Below are positions 44,797 through 53,797 of a DNA stretch of 64,000 nucleotides, one piece after another (position 1 is the first letter of the stretch; each line of letters starts with the position of its first letter). Source of the DNA: an uncultured delta proteobacterium (GTDB taxonomy: Bacteria > Desulfobacterota > Binatia > Binatales > Binataceae); NCBI GenBank assembly GCA_963842085.1, contig CAWJET010000001.1, forward strand, positions 2,080,001-2,144,000. Reading direction: 5' to 3'. A program made the position numbers and the translations under genes. The notes beneath the pieces were generated by a model, which saw nothing but the letters and a program-made list of their open reading frames with translations, ran no database searches and was not told the origin of the DNA.

Positions 44797-45758
44797 GTCC
44801 CACCAGCCGAAAAAACATCAACGAAATCAAGGGAGCGGTGTCGCCAGAAAGGGCGAAAATCAGCTCCTGCAGTTGGCACTTTTGTGGCACTCGGCCGGAC
44901 GACCGTCCGTCCGGGTTTTGCTCGCCAAGCTGACCTGCGGAGAAACGCTCCGCGGGAAACTGGAAGATCGAAGCGCCCGCCGCTGACAACCAGAGCGGCA
45001 TAAGCATCGAGGCCGTAGGTGGCCTTAGCAGGGCAGCTCGGCGCGGGAACCCACCCGCATCGGCCGAGCCGTGCTTCGAAAGAGCGATCCCGTAACCGAT
45101 TGGCTCCCCGCTCTCGCTGCCAGCCGCGCCAGGCGCGTGCCGCGGCGCGGCCTTTCTAGCTTCTTCGAGGCGCTCGAACTCGAGGCGATGTTCGTGCGCG
45201 TCCGTCGCTACGGGAAGGATGACGCGCGCGTCTGGTTTCTGTTCGCAATAAACCCTGAAAGGTTCGCTGAGCTTCCAGCAGCTGATGCTGGCGCGTGCGC
45301 CGGAGAACTCGAAGGCGGAGAAAGTACAAGTGGGCTAGAACCCAGTCCGCGCGGAGAGCCGAGACGGAAGTGACGACGCGACGGAAGTAAGGGGCTCCGC
45401 ATGGCGTTCAGCGCGCAACGTATAGCGCGCTCGGCCGGTCGTAGGGCCGAGGCAGCAATTAGCGGCCGCTAGGCAGCGGCGTGAAACCATGCGAAGGGCA
45501 CCGCGGAGCCTCCGCGCAAAGCCACGGGCGCGAGCAACGTGCTCTAGTCCGCTTACCCGCGGACATGCTCTCACGACTCGCAGCAGAACTCGACGGCGAA
45601 TCGCCGGGCCGTGGATCGAGAGTCTCTTTAGCTGGAGGCCTGCCCAGTTGCGATAGGTGCGCTCAAGAATCGGGCTCGCGGCAAGCGCCTCGCGCGAGGA
45701 TTCGGTTGAGAGAGAGAATAGTCGCGCGAGCGAAGCGAGCGCCTACCAAAAAACGTGG

Positions 45759-46295
45759 CTAGATCTCTTTCAGTTTAGCTATGAATCTCGAAGCTAGAGA
45801 GATGTATTCCTCGGCCTCTTTCTGAGTGATTTGCGAAGCTCCGTGCACGGCCACGTTTCTAAGCTGGCGCAGCTGTGCGAACAGCCGATAGTCATTGTCG
45901 CTCAAGTGTTCCGAAAGACTTAACATCCGGGCGATGGCGATTGGCCGCGCTTCGGCGATTACATTACCAACTCCATGTAACTCTCGTCGCTCCGCGAGTT
46001 CCAACAAGGCCTTTTCGATATCGCTCCAAGCTCCAATGATGGCGGCGACCGGATTCGAGGAAGCGATCTGTACTAACCCGCCTTTGGGTTCGGCGACTTT
46101 TGGGAGTCCCACAGCCAACGGTTCGGTTGCTTTCAGTTCTCTATCGAAGTCGAGGATTAGGTCTTTCCAGCTTGCACGTCGAATCCTGTCGATTAACTCG
46201 GACAATGGCTTTCTGAAGAGAACAGCGACAACGACCACTCCGCCGGGCCACGCCAGCGCTTTGATACTCTCTGCTGTGAAGGTGAGCCAATCCAT
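45759..46295 (-). CDS. Membrane-anchored HEPN-domain protein (DUF4145-like), putative RNase/defence effector
   Basis: N-terminal hydrophobic helix LAWPGGVVVVAVLF; helical body IIGAWSDIEKAL..LRQLRNVAVHG (R-x4-H). Confidence 0.75.
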   Translation of the reverse strand: MDWLTFTAESIKALAWPGGVVVVAVLFRKPLSELIDRIRRASWKDLILDFDRELKATEPLAVGLPKVAEPKGGLVQIASSNPVAAIIGAWSDIEKALLELAERRELHGVGNVIAEARPIAIARMLSLSEHLSDNDYRLFAQLRQLRNVAVHGASQITQKEAEEYISLASRFIAKLKEI

Positions 46296-46590
46296 CACAT
46301 TGGCAGGAATCGGCCTCGTGCATCGCGGGCCGCGTCGCGCGCCCGCGCACGCCCAGCACGTACCTTGTGGCTGTTGCGTCGTAAAGTGTGGCGGCATCGA
46401 GCGCAGAGCGCAACGGTAGGCGCTTCGGCGCTCGAGGAATCGCCCAACGCAGGTACCGCTAACCCTGCTGCTGGAATGATTTCAGAGCTGGGCGAGGAAG
46501 CCTGACCATGCTCCGAGCGCTGAAAGAAGCCTCGGAGTACCGCTGGGATGGCGCTCATATTGCGCCGGATTCTACGCCGGCAGAGCATCG

Positions 46591-46629
46591 AAAAGAAAAC
46601 GCCCCGCGATTCGGGAAACCGCGGGGCGT
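46591..46629 (-). terminator. Rho-independent terminator
   Basis: 10-bp stem ACGCCCCGCG/CGCGGGGCGT followed by TTTCTTTT on the minus strand. Confidence 0.75.
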
Positions 46630-46778
46630 AGGAAAATTTCCGCGGGCCTGAGCCGCTCGGGGCGGCGCTCCCTCTTGACCGCGCGCCCCGCGGCAAGCAC
46701 GGTGGAGGTGCCAACGAGGCTATTCCAACCTGAATCAAATCGACGTTCCGAGCAAGCCCACTCCTGAATGGATGTGAA

Positions 46779-46895
46779 CCTCGGCAGCGATCCGGCCAGC
46801 CCGCATAACATCACCCTGACAGGAACCGGGCCTTGACCTGAGCCCTTGCGTCTTCAGACTGAGCAGGTTGTTCTGGCGGAGGGGGGAGGGAGTCG
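46779..46895 (+). repeat. Direct repeat copy 2 (att-like), overlapping tRNA-Sec 3' end
   Basis: Offset 2099 bp from copy 1. Confidence 0.95.
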
Positions 46896-46969
46896 AACCC
46901 TCCGGCAACAATATTAGCCGCCAAGCCGGTTTTGAAGACCGGTAAGGCCACCGGGCCTTTTCCTCCTCC
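46874..46969 (-). tRNA. selC: tRNA-Sec (UCA)
   Basis: GGAGGAGG acceptor, 6-bp D stem AAGGCC/GGCCTT with 4-nt loop, CTTCAAA anticodon loop, long variable arm, GAGGG-TTCGACT-CCCTC, G discriminator, CCA; 96 nt. Confidence 0.95.
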
Positions 46970-46981
46970 AAGTTATTGATT
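46969..46981 (-). promoter_or_regulatory. IHF-binding consensus site abutting tRNA-Sec 5' end
   Basis: AATCAATAACTTG on minus strand is an exact WATCAANNNNTTR match. Confidence 0.55.
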
Positions 46982-47029
46982 TTGTAACAGTTTTCTCCTC
47001 TTCTCGCAGAGCAGTTGAGGGTCGTTCTG

Positions 47030-47430
47030 CTACGGATTTGGTGCCGTATTCAGTCTCCGAAAACCATTGGCCATTTCGGACGCTCCGTGCTTTGCCAGCG
47101 CGTTTGCGGCCTCGACTAAGCGTTCGTCATGCGTCTGAATATACCTGCGAAACCGATTTCCGTCTTGTACCCCAGCAGTGTCATCGCGACAGAAGGCGAG
47201 ATTGCCGGCGCCGAATCCAAGCGCGTTGCAGCTGTGCGCCTGGAAGTCATGCATCAGCTTTGCGGGATAACCCGCAGCCTTCGCGGCTTCGCACCTGCCC
47301 GACGTATCGTCTGATCGCACCGCTCTGCGCAGTTTCGATAGCGCGCATACTGCTGAAAGACGGGTCGAGGTGCTTCAACCTGGTGTCAAGGAAACCTTCA
47401 AGCGACGCGACTCGCCCGTGGAGGTTCAGC
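47030..47430 (-). pseudogene. Decayed tyrosine recombinase/integrase (internal deletion + frameshifts)
   Basis: Frame-corrected C-terminus AAGYPAKLMHDFRRTAATRLD..VAMTLLGYKT..FRRY..LVEAANAL; upstream RLKHLDPSFSSMRA..IRRYV resembles an integrase core-binding region. Confidence 0.75.
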
Positions 47431-47551
47431 CCACAAATCACCGAATTCTTGTGCCGATTTCGTTCCGCGACCTCTGATCTTTGGTTCGGAACGGCGCGGG
47501 GTAAGCGCAATGACTATCGGCGACCATTCGGCTTTCGGCCGAGTCTCGCTG

Positions 47552-47776
47552 TCAGGACTTCCGGTAGAGGCCGCTTCCGACCAGCACCAGGCCAATGATG
47601 ATCGCTGCGCCGCTCACGATCGGCGGCACGCTGTGCGAGGTCGGTTCGGTGGCCTGGACTTTCAAATCGCCAAGTGTCACGACGTTCTTGGTCTCATTGG
47701 TCGTGAACTCCGGAATCGCGAGCCCCAACACTCCGAACAGGGCGATAATCACTCCGACGGTTACTATCGGCTTCAT
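47552..47776 (-). CDS. Small two-TM protein (DUF3185-like)
   Basis: MKPIVTVGVIIALFGVLGL..VVTLGDLKV..VPPIVSGAAIIIGLVLV. Confidence 0.7.
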   Translation of the reverse strand: MKPIVTVGVIIALFGVLGLAIPEFTTNETKNVVTLGDLKVQATEPTSHSVPPIVSGAAIIIGLVLVGSGLYRKS

Positions 47777-47919
47777 TCGTTTATGACTCCACGGACGTTG
47801 AGCCTGGCTGGCGATTTCATGATTGCGTAAGTCGCGATCTCGATTAACAGGATGCCGCCGCCCGCGATTCCAAAAGCCTGCCACAGCGGTAGCCATTCAT
47901 GGAGCAGCAAGCAAGTGCT

Positions 47920-48237
47920 CTACTGAGTCGGATACGTCGTAGTGGTCCGCTTCTGTAGGGTGCCGTTATCTGTATGCGTGGTTACCGTGGTTGTGGTCTG
48001 ATCCGGCGGCGCATAGGGAGCGGGCTGCGTATACGTCCGCTGCACAGTGCCGTTGTCATACTGGGTGGTCGTGGTCGTGTTTGAAGTTGCGACCGGCGCC
48101 ATCACAGGCGGATTCGTCGTATCGTATTCCCTGGTCGTCGTGGTTTCGGTGACATGAGTAGTAGGTGCACAGCCGACCAGCCACGCCATCGCAATACCGA
48201 CACAAACAGCCACTGCCGAATTAGTTGTGTATTTCAT
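47920..48237 (-). CDS. Small Thr-rich lipoprotein
   Basis: Lipobox LVGC; repeated DNGT(V/L)Q..TT; GGAG RBS. Confidence 0.7.
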   Translation of the reverse strand: MKYTTNSAVAVCVGIAMAWLVGCAPTTHVTETTTTREYDTTNPPVMAPVATSNTTTTTQYDNGTVQRTYTQPAPYAPPDQTTTTVTTHTDNGTLQKRTTTTYPTQ

Positions 48238-48558
48238 TGTTCAGGCTCCTGTTTATCTCGTTCCCGACAAAAGGCGTGTCCCGGCTCAAAGACTGCGTAT
48301 TCGACTTCGTGGTCTGACTTAAAGGCCGGGCAAGTTTCTCATCAGTTACTCCATTGCCGGCCGACATACATCCATATGTTCCCCGACCGGATCGAATAGT
48401 GTTATCTGGGGAACCAAAATATTGATTCCCCAGACCGCGCACAGCGAAAAGCGCGAATCGGAATCGATCGGATGAGCGAACCGGATCGCGCAGCGTCGTT
48501 GAGGCAGCGAGAACCAGGCGGAATGACCCGCCTTTCGCGGCACCGCCGCGAATCAAAC

Positions 48559-49728
48559 TCAATCAGACTTCCGCTGCAGACTGAGCGTGGTCTCCGGCTC
48601 GCGCTTGGCGTGATCGCGCGCCATGCCGAGCGGATGCCGGCTCAGGAAGTCCAGCATCCGCTCGTTCCACCGGGCTGGCCACCGCATGTGACGAGCCAGG
48701 CCGCGGAAACTTGCGATGGTCCCGATCCGGCCATTCGCCATCTCATCGGTGCCGCATGAGTCGTCGCACGAAGGTACCCGCAGTCCCGACGAATCGACGA
48801 TAACGTCCTCGATGCTGCCGCCGAGCGCGCGCACCCGCGCCGCAAACCTGCTGCCGTTCGGACAAATTCCGCCGATGTCGCAATCGTTGTGCACGTGCAT
48901 CAGCGGTACTCGCGGATTGAGTACTTGCGCCTGGCCGTCGCCCGCCGGAGCAATTGCCACTGGAGTCTGGGTGCACACGTCGAACAGCGCGGAGTACGGG
49001 TCTGGCGCGGAATAGACGGCCGCAGCTGCCACCCGCGGCCGATTCAATGCGTATAGCAGCGCCATCGCGGCGCCGTTGGACCAGCCCATCATATAGATCC
49101 GCTGACGATCGACTTGACCCGTGGCGATCATTTCGTCGGTGAAGTGATCAATCGAAGCTGCGTCCGCGTTTTCGGCGTAAGTCGCATCACCTACGGGGAC
49201 CGCTCCAGCGAGACTCAACTGCCGGTACCAGTTGTCCCACCCGAGCGCGTTCGAATCGTATCCAGGATAGCGATGGGTCGTGTAGCGGCCCTGTGGCGCA
49301 AGTAGAATGAAACCGGGATTCCCTTCCTTGAGAACCCCTTTGTCAATCAGCCCAACCAAGCCGGTGAAGATTACCGAGTAGGCGCTCGTTTCGGACGGAT
49401 GAAGGAAGACCACCATCGGCATCGGTTCTCGTTCACCCGCGCGCGCGGGCTCATAGAGGCAGGCGTAGCGTGCGTCGCCGTTTCCGTCGGTCCACGGGCC
49501 TAACAGCTTGCCGCCAAGGCATACCGAGTTGCGCGCGGTCACAAAGCTGGCGTACCAGCCTCGGTCGACCTGTGCCGGGGGGTCGCCAAACGGACTGCAT
49601 CTGGTGCCGGCGAATACGTTGAGGCTCATCAACAACGGCACGATCAACGCGATGCCGGCGAGACCATGGCGAAGGCGATCTTTTCCTGAACTTTTGTTGA
49701 GAATCAGGGTTTCAGGCGTACGCGCCAT
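48559..49728 (-). CDS. Secreted alpha/beta-hydrolase (PHB depolymerase/esterase-like)
   Basis: MVVFLHP, RIYMMGWSNGA nucleophile elbow, multiple Cys; start uncertain. Confidence 0.78.
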   Translation of the reverse strand: MARTPETLILNKSSGKDRLRHGLAGIALIVPLLMSLNVFAGTRCSPFGDPPAQVDRGWYASFVTARNSVCLGGKLLGPWTDGNGDARYACLYEPARAGEREPMPMVVFLHPSETSAYSVIFTGLVGLIDKGVLKEGNPGFILLAPQGRYTTHRYPGYDSNALGWDNWYRQLSLAGAVPVGDATYAENADAASIDHFTDEMIATGQVDRQRIYMMGWSNGAAMALLYALNRPRVAAAAVYSAPDPYSALFDVCTQTPVAIAPAGDGQAQVLNPRVPLMHVHNDCDIGGICPNGSRFAARVRALGGSIEDVIVDSSGLRVPSCDDSCGTDEMANGRIGTIASFRGLARHMRWPARWNERMLDFLSRHPLGMARDHAKREPETTLSLQRKSD

Positions 49729-50031
49729 GTTCAAGCGCGCTCGTGAGGAGCGACATGAATCAACCTTTATGCAGTGCTCCAAAAGGAACCATTTTAAGAG
49801 TGATACAAACGTTCGGGATTGCTCTCGTAACATCCCGCGGGATTGAATATTAACACATTCGCACTTGCTGCGGATGTTGCCAGCGTTGAACCTTGGTCTA
49901 AGCGGTAGCGCCGTGAATCCCGCTTTGGCCAATCGCATGTTTCGGTTCCCGGCAGCACGCTCGCAGTTTTTGGAGTCCAAGCGAGACGCACTACATTTGA
50001 TAGTCTTAGTGGCCAACGAGAGGTGAAGAAG

Positions 50032-50394
50032 ATGAACCGCATATCTATTCTGTTGCTCGCAGTCGCGCTTCCTGTCACTTTCGCTGCTCCATCGATCGCT
50101 CAGGAAGGAAAGACCTCGGGCGTGGTCGTCAACGGAAATACAACTACCGAGTTCAAAGCCGCCGATACTCGCGATATCGACACCCATAAGCTCAAGCTCT
50201 GGAATGACTTCGCGAGCCAACATCCCAAGGTCGCGAACCAACTCGCCCACCAGCCCGCGCTAATCAATGATGACGCCTACGCGAAGAAGCATCCGGCACT
50301 CGCCGCGTTCTTCTCGGCGCATCCGGATATTCGCGAGGCGATGACAGCGAATCCCGGTAACTACGTAGCCATTCCGCCGCGCCCCGGCGAATAG
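50032..50394 (+). CDS. Small secreted helical protein with F-x3-HP repeats
   Basis: Signal peptide; FASQHPKVANQLAHQP, FFSAHPDIREAMTANP; GAGAGG RBS. Confidence 0.75.
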   Translation: MNRISILLLAVALPVTFAAPSIAQEGKTSGVVVNGNTTTEFKAADTRDIDTHKLKLWNDFASQHPKVANQLAHQPALINDDAYAKKHPALAAFFSAHPDIREAMTANPGNYVAIPPRPGE

Positions 50395-50711
50395 CCGCGC
50401 CCGCTCTGCAGTCTGATTCGACCGCTCAGGCGGTAGCTGTCGGCCGCTGCTGGTCGTCCTGCGGCGGCCATAGTCCCAGACCCGTGCTGGGACCAACTAA
50501 TCGTCCGACGCAGCCCAATCTTGCGGAGTGAACGTTAAGAATTGTTACCTTCGTAACATATCGGGGGTAGTGTGAACCGCGCAAAGTTACTAAACATGGA
50601 TCGTCGACGCCCGCGAGAGTCGAAGGCACGCTTGGCCACATGCCCTTATGGTGAAGCCGATGCGTGCCTTCTCTTTTTGGCAGTGCGCGGGCGCAAATGG
50701 CGTGACGAAGT

Positions 50712-51161
50712 TCACCGGCTCGGACTGCTCAATTTAGCAATTTCACTTGTGATAAGCTTCCGCTCTTCTGCGATCTTCCTCTGCGCAGCCTGTGCAAAAG
50801 TAAAGTCGCCGGTTGCGGCATCCAGCGCTTTTTGAAACCTGCTGACAGTCTCGCGCGCTGACAGCGTAACCAGAATCGCTTGCGCACTCGCGTCGAAAAG
50901 GTCGGTCAATTTTTGCTGCATCACCGGGGAACCATTGTCGGGAAGAGTATTCATATAGTTCAGCCAATCGACGTGCGCTTGGCGTGCCCTTGCTTCACCA
51001 AAGATGGCCCGGTCCAAGGCCGGTTGCGCGGCCTGAAGGCTAGCCTTCGCTCTTTCAATCTCTGTTCGACATTCCGCCAAACGCGCGTCACTCGCGTTCT
51101 GTCGTTCCGTCGCACACCTCAGCATTTCATTCAATGTTAACAGCCGCGTGTCGCAAGGCAT
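50712..51161 (-). CDS. Hypothetical coiled-coil protein
   Basis: 149-aa ORF with heptad-like helical composition; AAGGAG upstream. Confidence 0.45.
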   Translation of the reverse strand: MPCDTRLLTLNEMLRCATERQNASDARLAECRTEIERAKASLQAAQPALDRAIFGEARARQAHVDWLNYMNTLPDNGSPVMQQKLTDLFDASAQAILVTLSARETVSRFQKALDAATGDFTFAQAAQRKIAEERKLITSEIAKLSSPSR

Positions 51162-51226
51162 GGAATCATTTGACTCCTTGACTGGATGACTGCTCTCTCA
51201 CGCGCGATTTGGATGCGGTCCTCTCC

Positions 51227-52216
51227 CTATTTTTGCGCGGCAACGGTCGCTTCCGTCGTTGGCTGCCACGTCGCATCCGGATTGTATGCGACCATCTCGG
51301 TGGCTATCTGGTCGGTATTGGGACCCAGGTCCTTTTGATAGACTTGGCCGCTCTGATCGACGATGAACGTCATCACTCCTGAGTCGCGATAGCTTGCAGG
51401 ATAAGCAACCAGCGCGAATCCTCCGGTCATCTTGCCATCGACGATATAGCTTCGAGCGCCACCCGGCGCATTGGCTCCCTGACTGGTTAGCAGCCGGTAA
51501 ATGTAGCCGTGGAAGGGACGCGGTTGGCCGTTGGCCTGATGTTGATAGCCTTCATAAGCCGCTTCAGCGACCAGGGGGCCGAGCGGACTTTCCGGCTGCG
51601 CGCCCGCTTTGACCTCCCAGTACAAACCGTCCTGTGTTCCTGCCGTGCTCCGGAACCTCTGAGCGTATTGATGTACCGAGGCACCGTCGTGCAACGTCGA
51701 GTAATAGTCCCGCTGGGCATCGGCGATTGCGCCGCAGACTTTGATCGCGTCCAGCTCATTGGCGCCGATCCGCCGATACAAAATCTCCTGCTTGCCGTAG
51801 TCCGTGTCGAAGTACCACTGAGATCCATTTTGCCGCAGTGGTATCGGATTCGGCCAATTCTCGGTGCCTATGTAGAGATAGGTTCGTCCATCGCCAGCTG
51901 CGGCAAACTGATGCGATGCCTGATACTGGGCGGCAAAGGAATCTTGCTTGTTCTTGTCGGCCACCGGATCGCCGGACGAAATCAGGTCCTGGCCGGATGG
52001 ACCCAGAATCGCCAGCATCGCCGCTTCATCGTGATTCCGCACGGCTGCGTCGAGAGCATCGGCCGCCTCCGCAGCTGAAGTGAAGGTCTTCTGGCCCGCC
52101 TGTTGTGCCAATGTCGCGCGAGCGGTGCAAAGCCCAAGTACGAGGCTGACCGACAAGACCCACAGAGCTAGCCAACCACTTGTGATTCTTCGATTACCAT
52201 TTATTGAGTGAAGCAT
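51227..52216 (-). CDS. DUF2950 family protein
   Basis: RRIGANEL, YAQRFRS..DGLYW, SPLGPL, PFHGYIYRLL, GFALVAYPA.Y..SGVMTF, VYQKDLG. Confidence 0.88.
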   Translation of the reverse strand: MLHSINGNRRITSGWLALWVLSVSLVLGLCTARATLAQQAGQKTFTSAAEAADALDAAVRNHDEAAMLAILGPSGQDLISSGDPVADKNKQDSFAAQYQASHQFAAAGDGRTYLYIGTENWPNPIPLRQNGSQWYFDTDYGKQEILYRRIGANELDAIKVCGAIADAQRDYYSTLHDGASVHQYAQRFRSTAGTQDGLYWEVKAGAQPESPLGPLVAEAAYEGYQHQANGQPRPFHGYIYRLLTSQGANAPGGARSYIVDGKMTGGFALVAYPASYRDSGVMTFIVDQSGQVYQKDLGPNTDQIATEMVAYNPDATWQPTTEATVAAQK

Positions 52217-52238
52217 TGCTTTTCCCCGACGTCGACGA

Positions 52239-52625
52239 TTAATGGCCATGACTGCGTTCACTACTCTTAGTGTCGCGGGCAGCGCTCCGGGCGCCGCCGT
52301 GTTCACCGCCGCCGTAGCTGGTCCTGCCCCGGCTGCTCGCGTCCCACGCCTGGTGAGCCGGAGCATAGCCGCCAAACAGACCGCGGGTTTCTTCCCCGCC
52401 ATAGCCCCGGTAGACGTTTTTCGAGTAGTAAGTATTCCCTCCGTAGTAGCCAGGAGTTCCGTAGTAGCCTGAACTTCCGTAGTAACCCGGACTTCCGTAG
52501 TAACCCGGACCTCCCCAGCCAGACTCGTAACAACCCGTCACAAGGGTTGCGAAGAACAGCGCTCCAAGGATTGTTACTAGTTGACTGCCGATCGATCGTT
52601 TTTCAATTATGGCCGGGATTTTCAT
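52239..52625 (-). CDS. Small Gly/Tyr-rich lipoprotein
   Basis: Lipobox VTGC, four GYYGxx repeats, tail LFGGY..ASSRGRTS. Confidence 0.7.
   Translation of the reverse strand: MKIPAIIEKRSIGSQLVTILGALFFATLVTGCYESGWGGPGYYGSPGYYGSSGYYGTPGYYGGNTYYSKNVYRGYGGEETRGLFGGYAPAHQAWDASSRGRTSYGGGEHGGARSAARDTKSSERSHGH
52441..52512. repeat. Four 18-bp tandem repeats encoding GYYGxx
   Basis: ccgtagtagccaggagtt / ccgtagtagcctgaactt / ccgtagtaacccggactt / ccgtagtaacccggacct. Confidence 0.85.
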
Positions 52626-52658
52626 TTTGCCCTCTGATTTCAGCTTGCCAACCAACGA

Positions 52659-53720
52659 CTACGATTTGTCATTGCCGTTCCCGCGCTGCTTGTTCTGGTG
52701 CTGACCCTCTGGCTGCTGCTGATGTTCTGGGCGGGTCGTCGCCTGCTCTGGCTTCTGGTTCTGCTCGTGCGCCGCTTGCTGTCGCTGCTGCTGCTGTTGG
52801 TTCTGCTGATTCTGCCGGTGCGCGGCCTGCTGCTGCTGAGTATTTCGCTGCTGCTGCTCGCGCGACGCCTGACGCTGCTGCTCCTGTTGCTGATTCTGCT
52901 GATTTTGTTGATGCGCAGCCTGCTGTTGCTGAGCGTTGCGCTGCTGTTGCTGAGCGCTGCGCTGCTGTTGCTCCTGCATCGCTTGCTGTTGCTGGTTCTG
53001 CTGATTTCGTTGATGCGCGGCCTGCGGTTCCTGTTGAACGTTTCGCTGCTGCGGTTCGCGCGCCGCTTGCTGTCGTTGGTTCTGCTGTTGGTTCTGCTGA
53101 TGCGTGGCCTGGGTTGTCCAATTCTCGTGTTGCTTGATCCAATTGGGATGCTGAGTATTCACCCAACCTGGATCCTTCTGGTACCACCATTGGCCATAAT
53201 GCCAATTGTGCTGGGCGTCATAGGCGCCGTCCTGGTCGCGCCAGCGTGTATCGAGCGAGACCCAATCCGGGTGATTGCTATAGAACCAGTCGGGATTGTT
53301 CTGATGCCACCAATAGGCATCGCGCCATTGGTGCTGGTCATCGTAGTCACCCCATTGTGTTTCGGCAGGTCCCGTAGACCAGTATTCGTTGTTCAGGGCC
53401 TGCCATTCGTACGGATGGCTCGCCAGGTACTGCTCCAACGCCGGAAACTGCGAGCGCCAATTGGCGTCGTAGAGTAGCCCCGGATTCCGTGCGAGTTCTC
53501 GCGCGATGTTCGGATGATTCGCCAGAAACAAACGAAAGCTTTGGTCTGCTGGATACTGCGGGACATCGTTGAACCAGGGATAGTAGTTCGAGAAGCCGGG
53601 CACCTGCGGCCCCCCAAACTGGATCGTGACCTGCGCCGAGGCGCTCGTAGCCATCGCAAGTGCGAACAGGACCGCGCCGAACCATACAATCGATTTTGTC
53701 TGCTTTATTGAAAGCGACAT
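52659..53720 (-). CDS. Secreted protein with HP-helical domain, Trp/His-rich repeats and Gln/Asn-rich tail
   Basis: GGAGGAGG RBS, signal ..ATSASA, FLANHPNIARELARNP, two GxYDxQHxW..WW..PxW..HPxW units, Q-rich C-terminus. Confidence 0.8.
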   Translation of the reverse strand: MSLSIKQTKSIVWFGAVLFALAMATSASAQVTIQFGGPQVPGFSNYYPWFNDVPQYPADQSFRLFLANHPNIARELARNPGLLYDANWRSQFPALEQYLASHPYEWQALNNEYWSTGPAETQWGDYDDQHQWRDAYWWHQNNPDWFYSNHPDWVSLDTRWRDQDGAYDAQHNWHYGQWWYQKDPGWVNTQHPNWIKQHENWTTQATHQQNQQQNQRQQAAREPQQRNVQQEPQAAHQRNQQNQQQQAMQEQQQRSAQQQQRNAQQQQAAHQQNQQNQQQEQQRQASREQQQRNTQQQQAAHRQNQQNQQQQQRQQAAHEQNQKPEQATTRPEHQQQPEGQHQNKQRGNGNDKS

Positions 53721-53797
53721 TTGTTTGTCCTCCTCCGGCTGTTCGGCAGATAGTTCCTGGACCATTGCCTGCCCACTCCGGTCACTGGAGGAATGCA

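Larger units (their letters stand above)
44797..46895. mobile_element. 2.1-kb integrase-less mini-island at the tRNA-Sec 3' end
   Basis: Flanked by 117-bp direct repeats containing the tRNA 3' end; tandem TGGCACT repeats at 44874-44891 resemble integrase arm sites; atypical codon usage cargo. Confidence 0.75.

Noticed and set aside
45071-45762. Short plus-strand ORFs inside the mini-island
   Set aside because: No clear RBS or motifs; likely decayed element DNA
49729-50250. N-terminal extension of the 563-aa esterase ORF
   Set aside because: Overlaps a better-supported plus-strand gene and intergenic DNA
50543-50558. Palindrome TGTTAC-N4-GTAACA with Crp/Fnr-like geometry
   Set aside because: Lies between convergent gene ends with no obvious target promoter
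52441-53110. 18-bp and CTG-rich repeats as CRISPR, and the Leu-rich plus-strand ORF 52698-53477
   Set aside because: Repeats are contiguous and coding; the Leu-rich ORF is the antisense shadow of the Gln-rich gene
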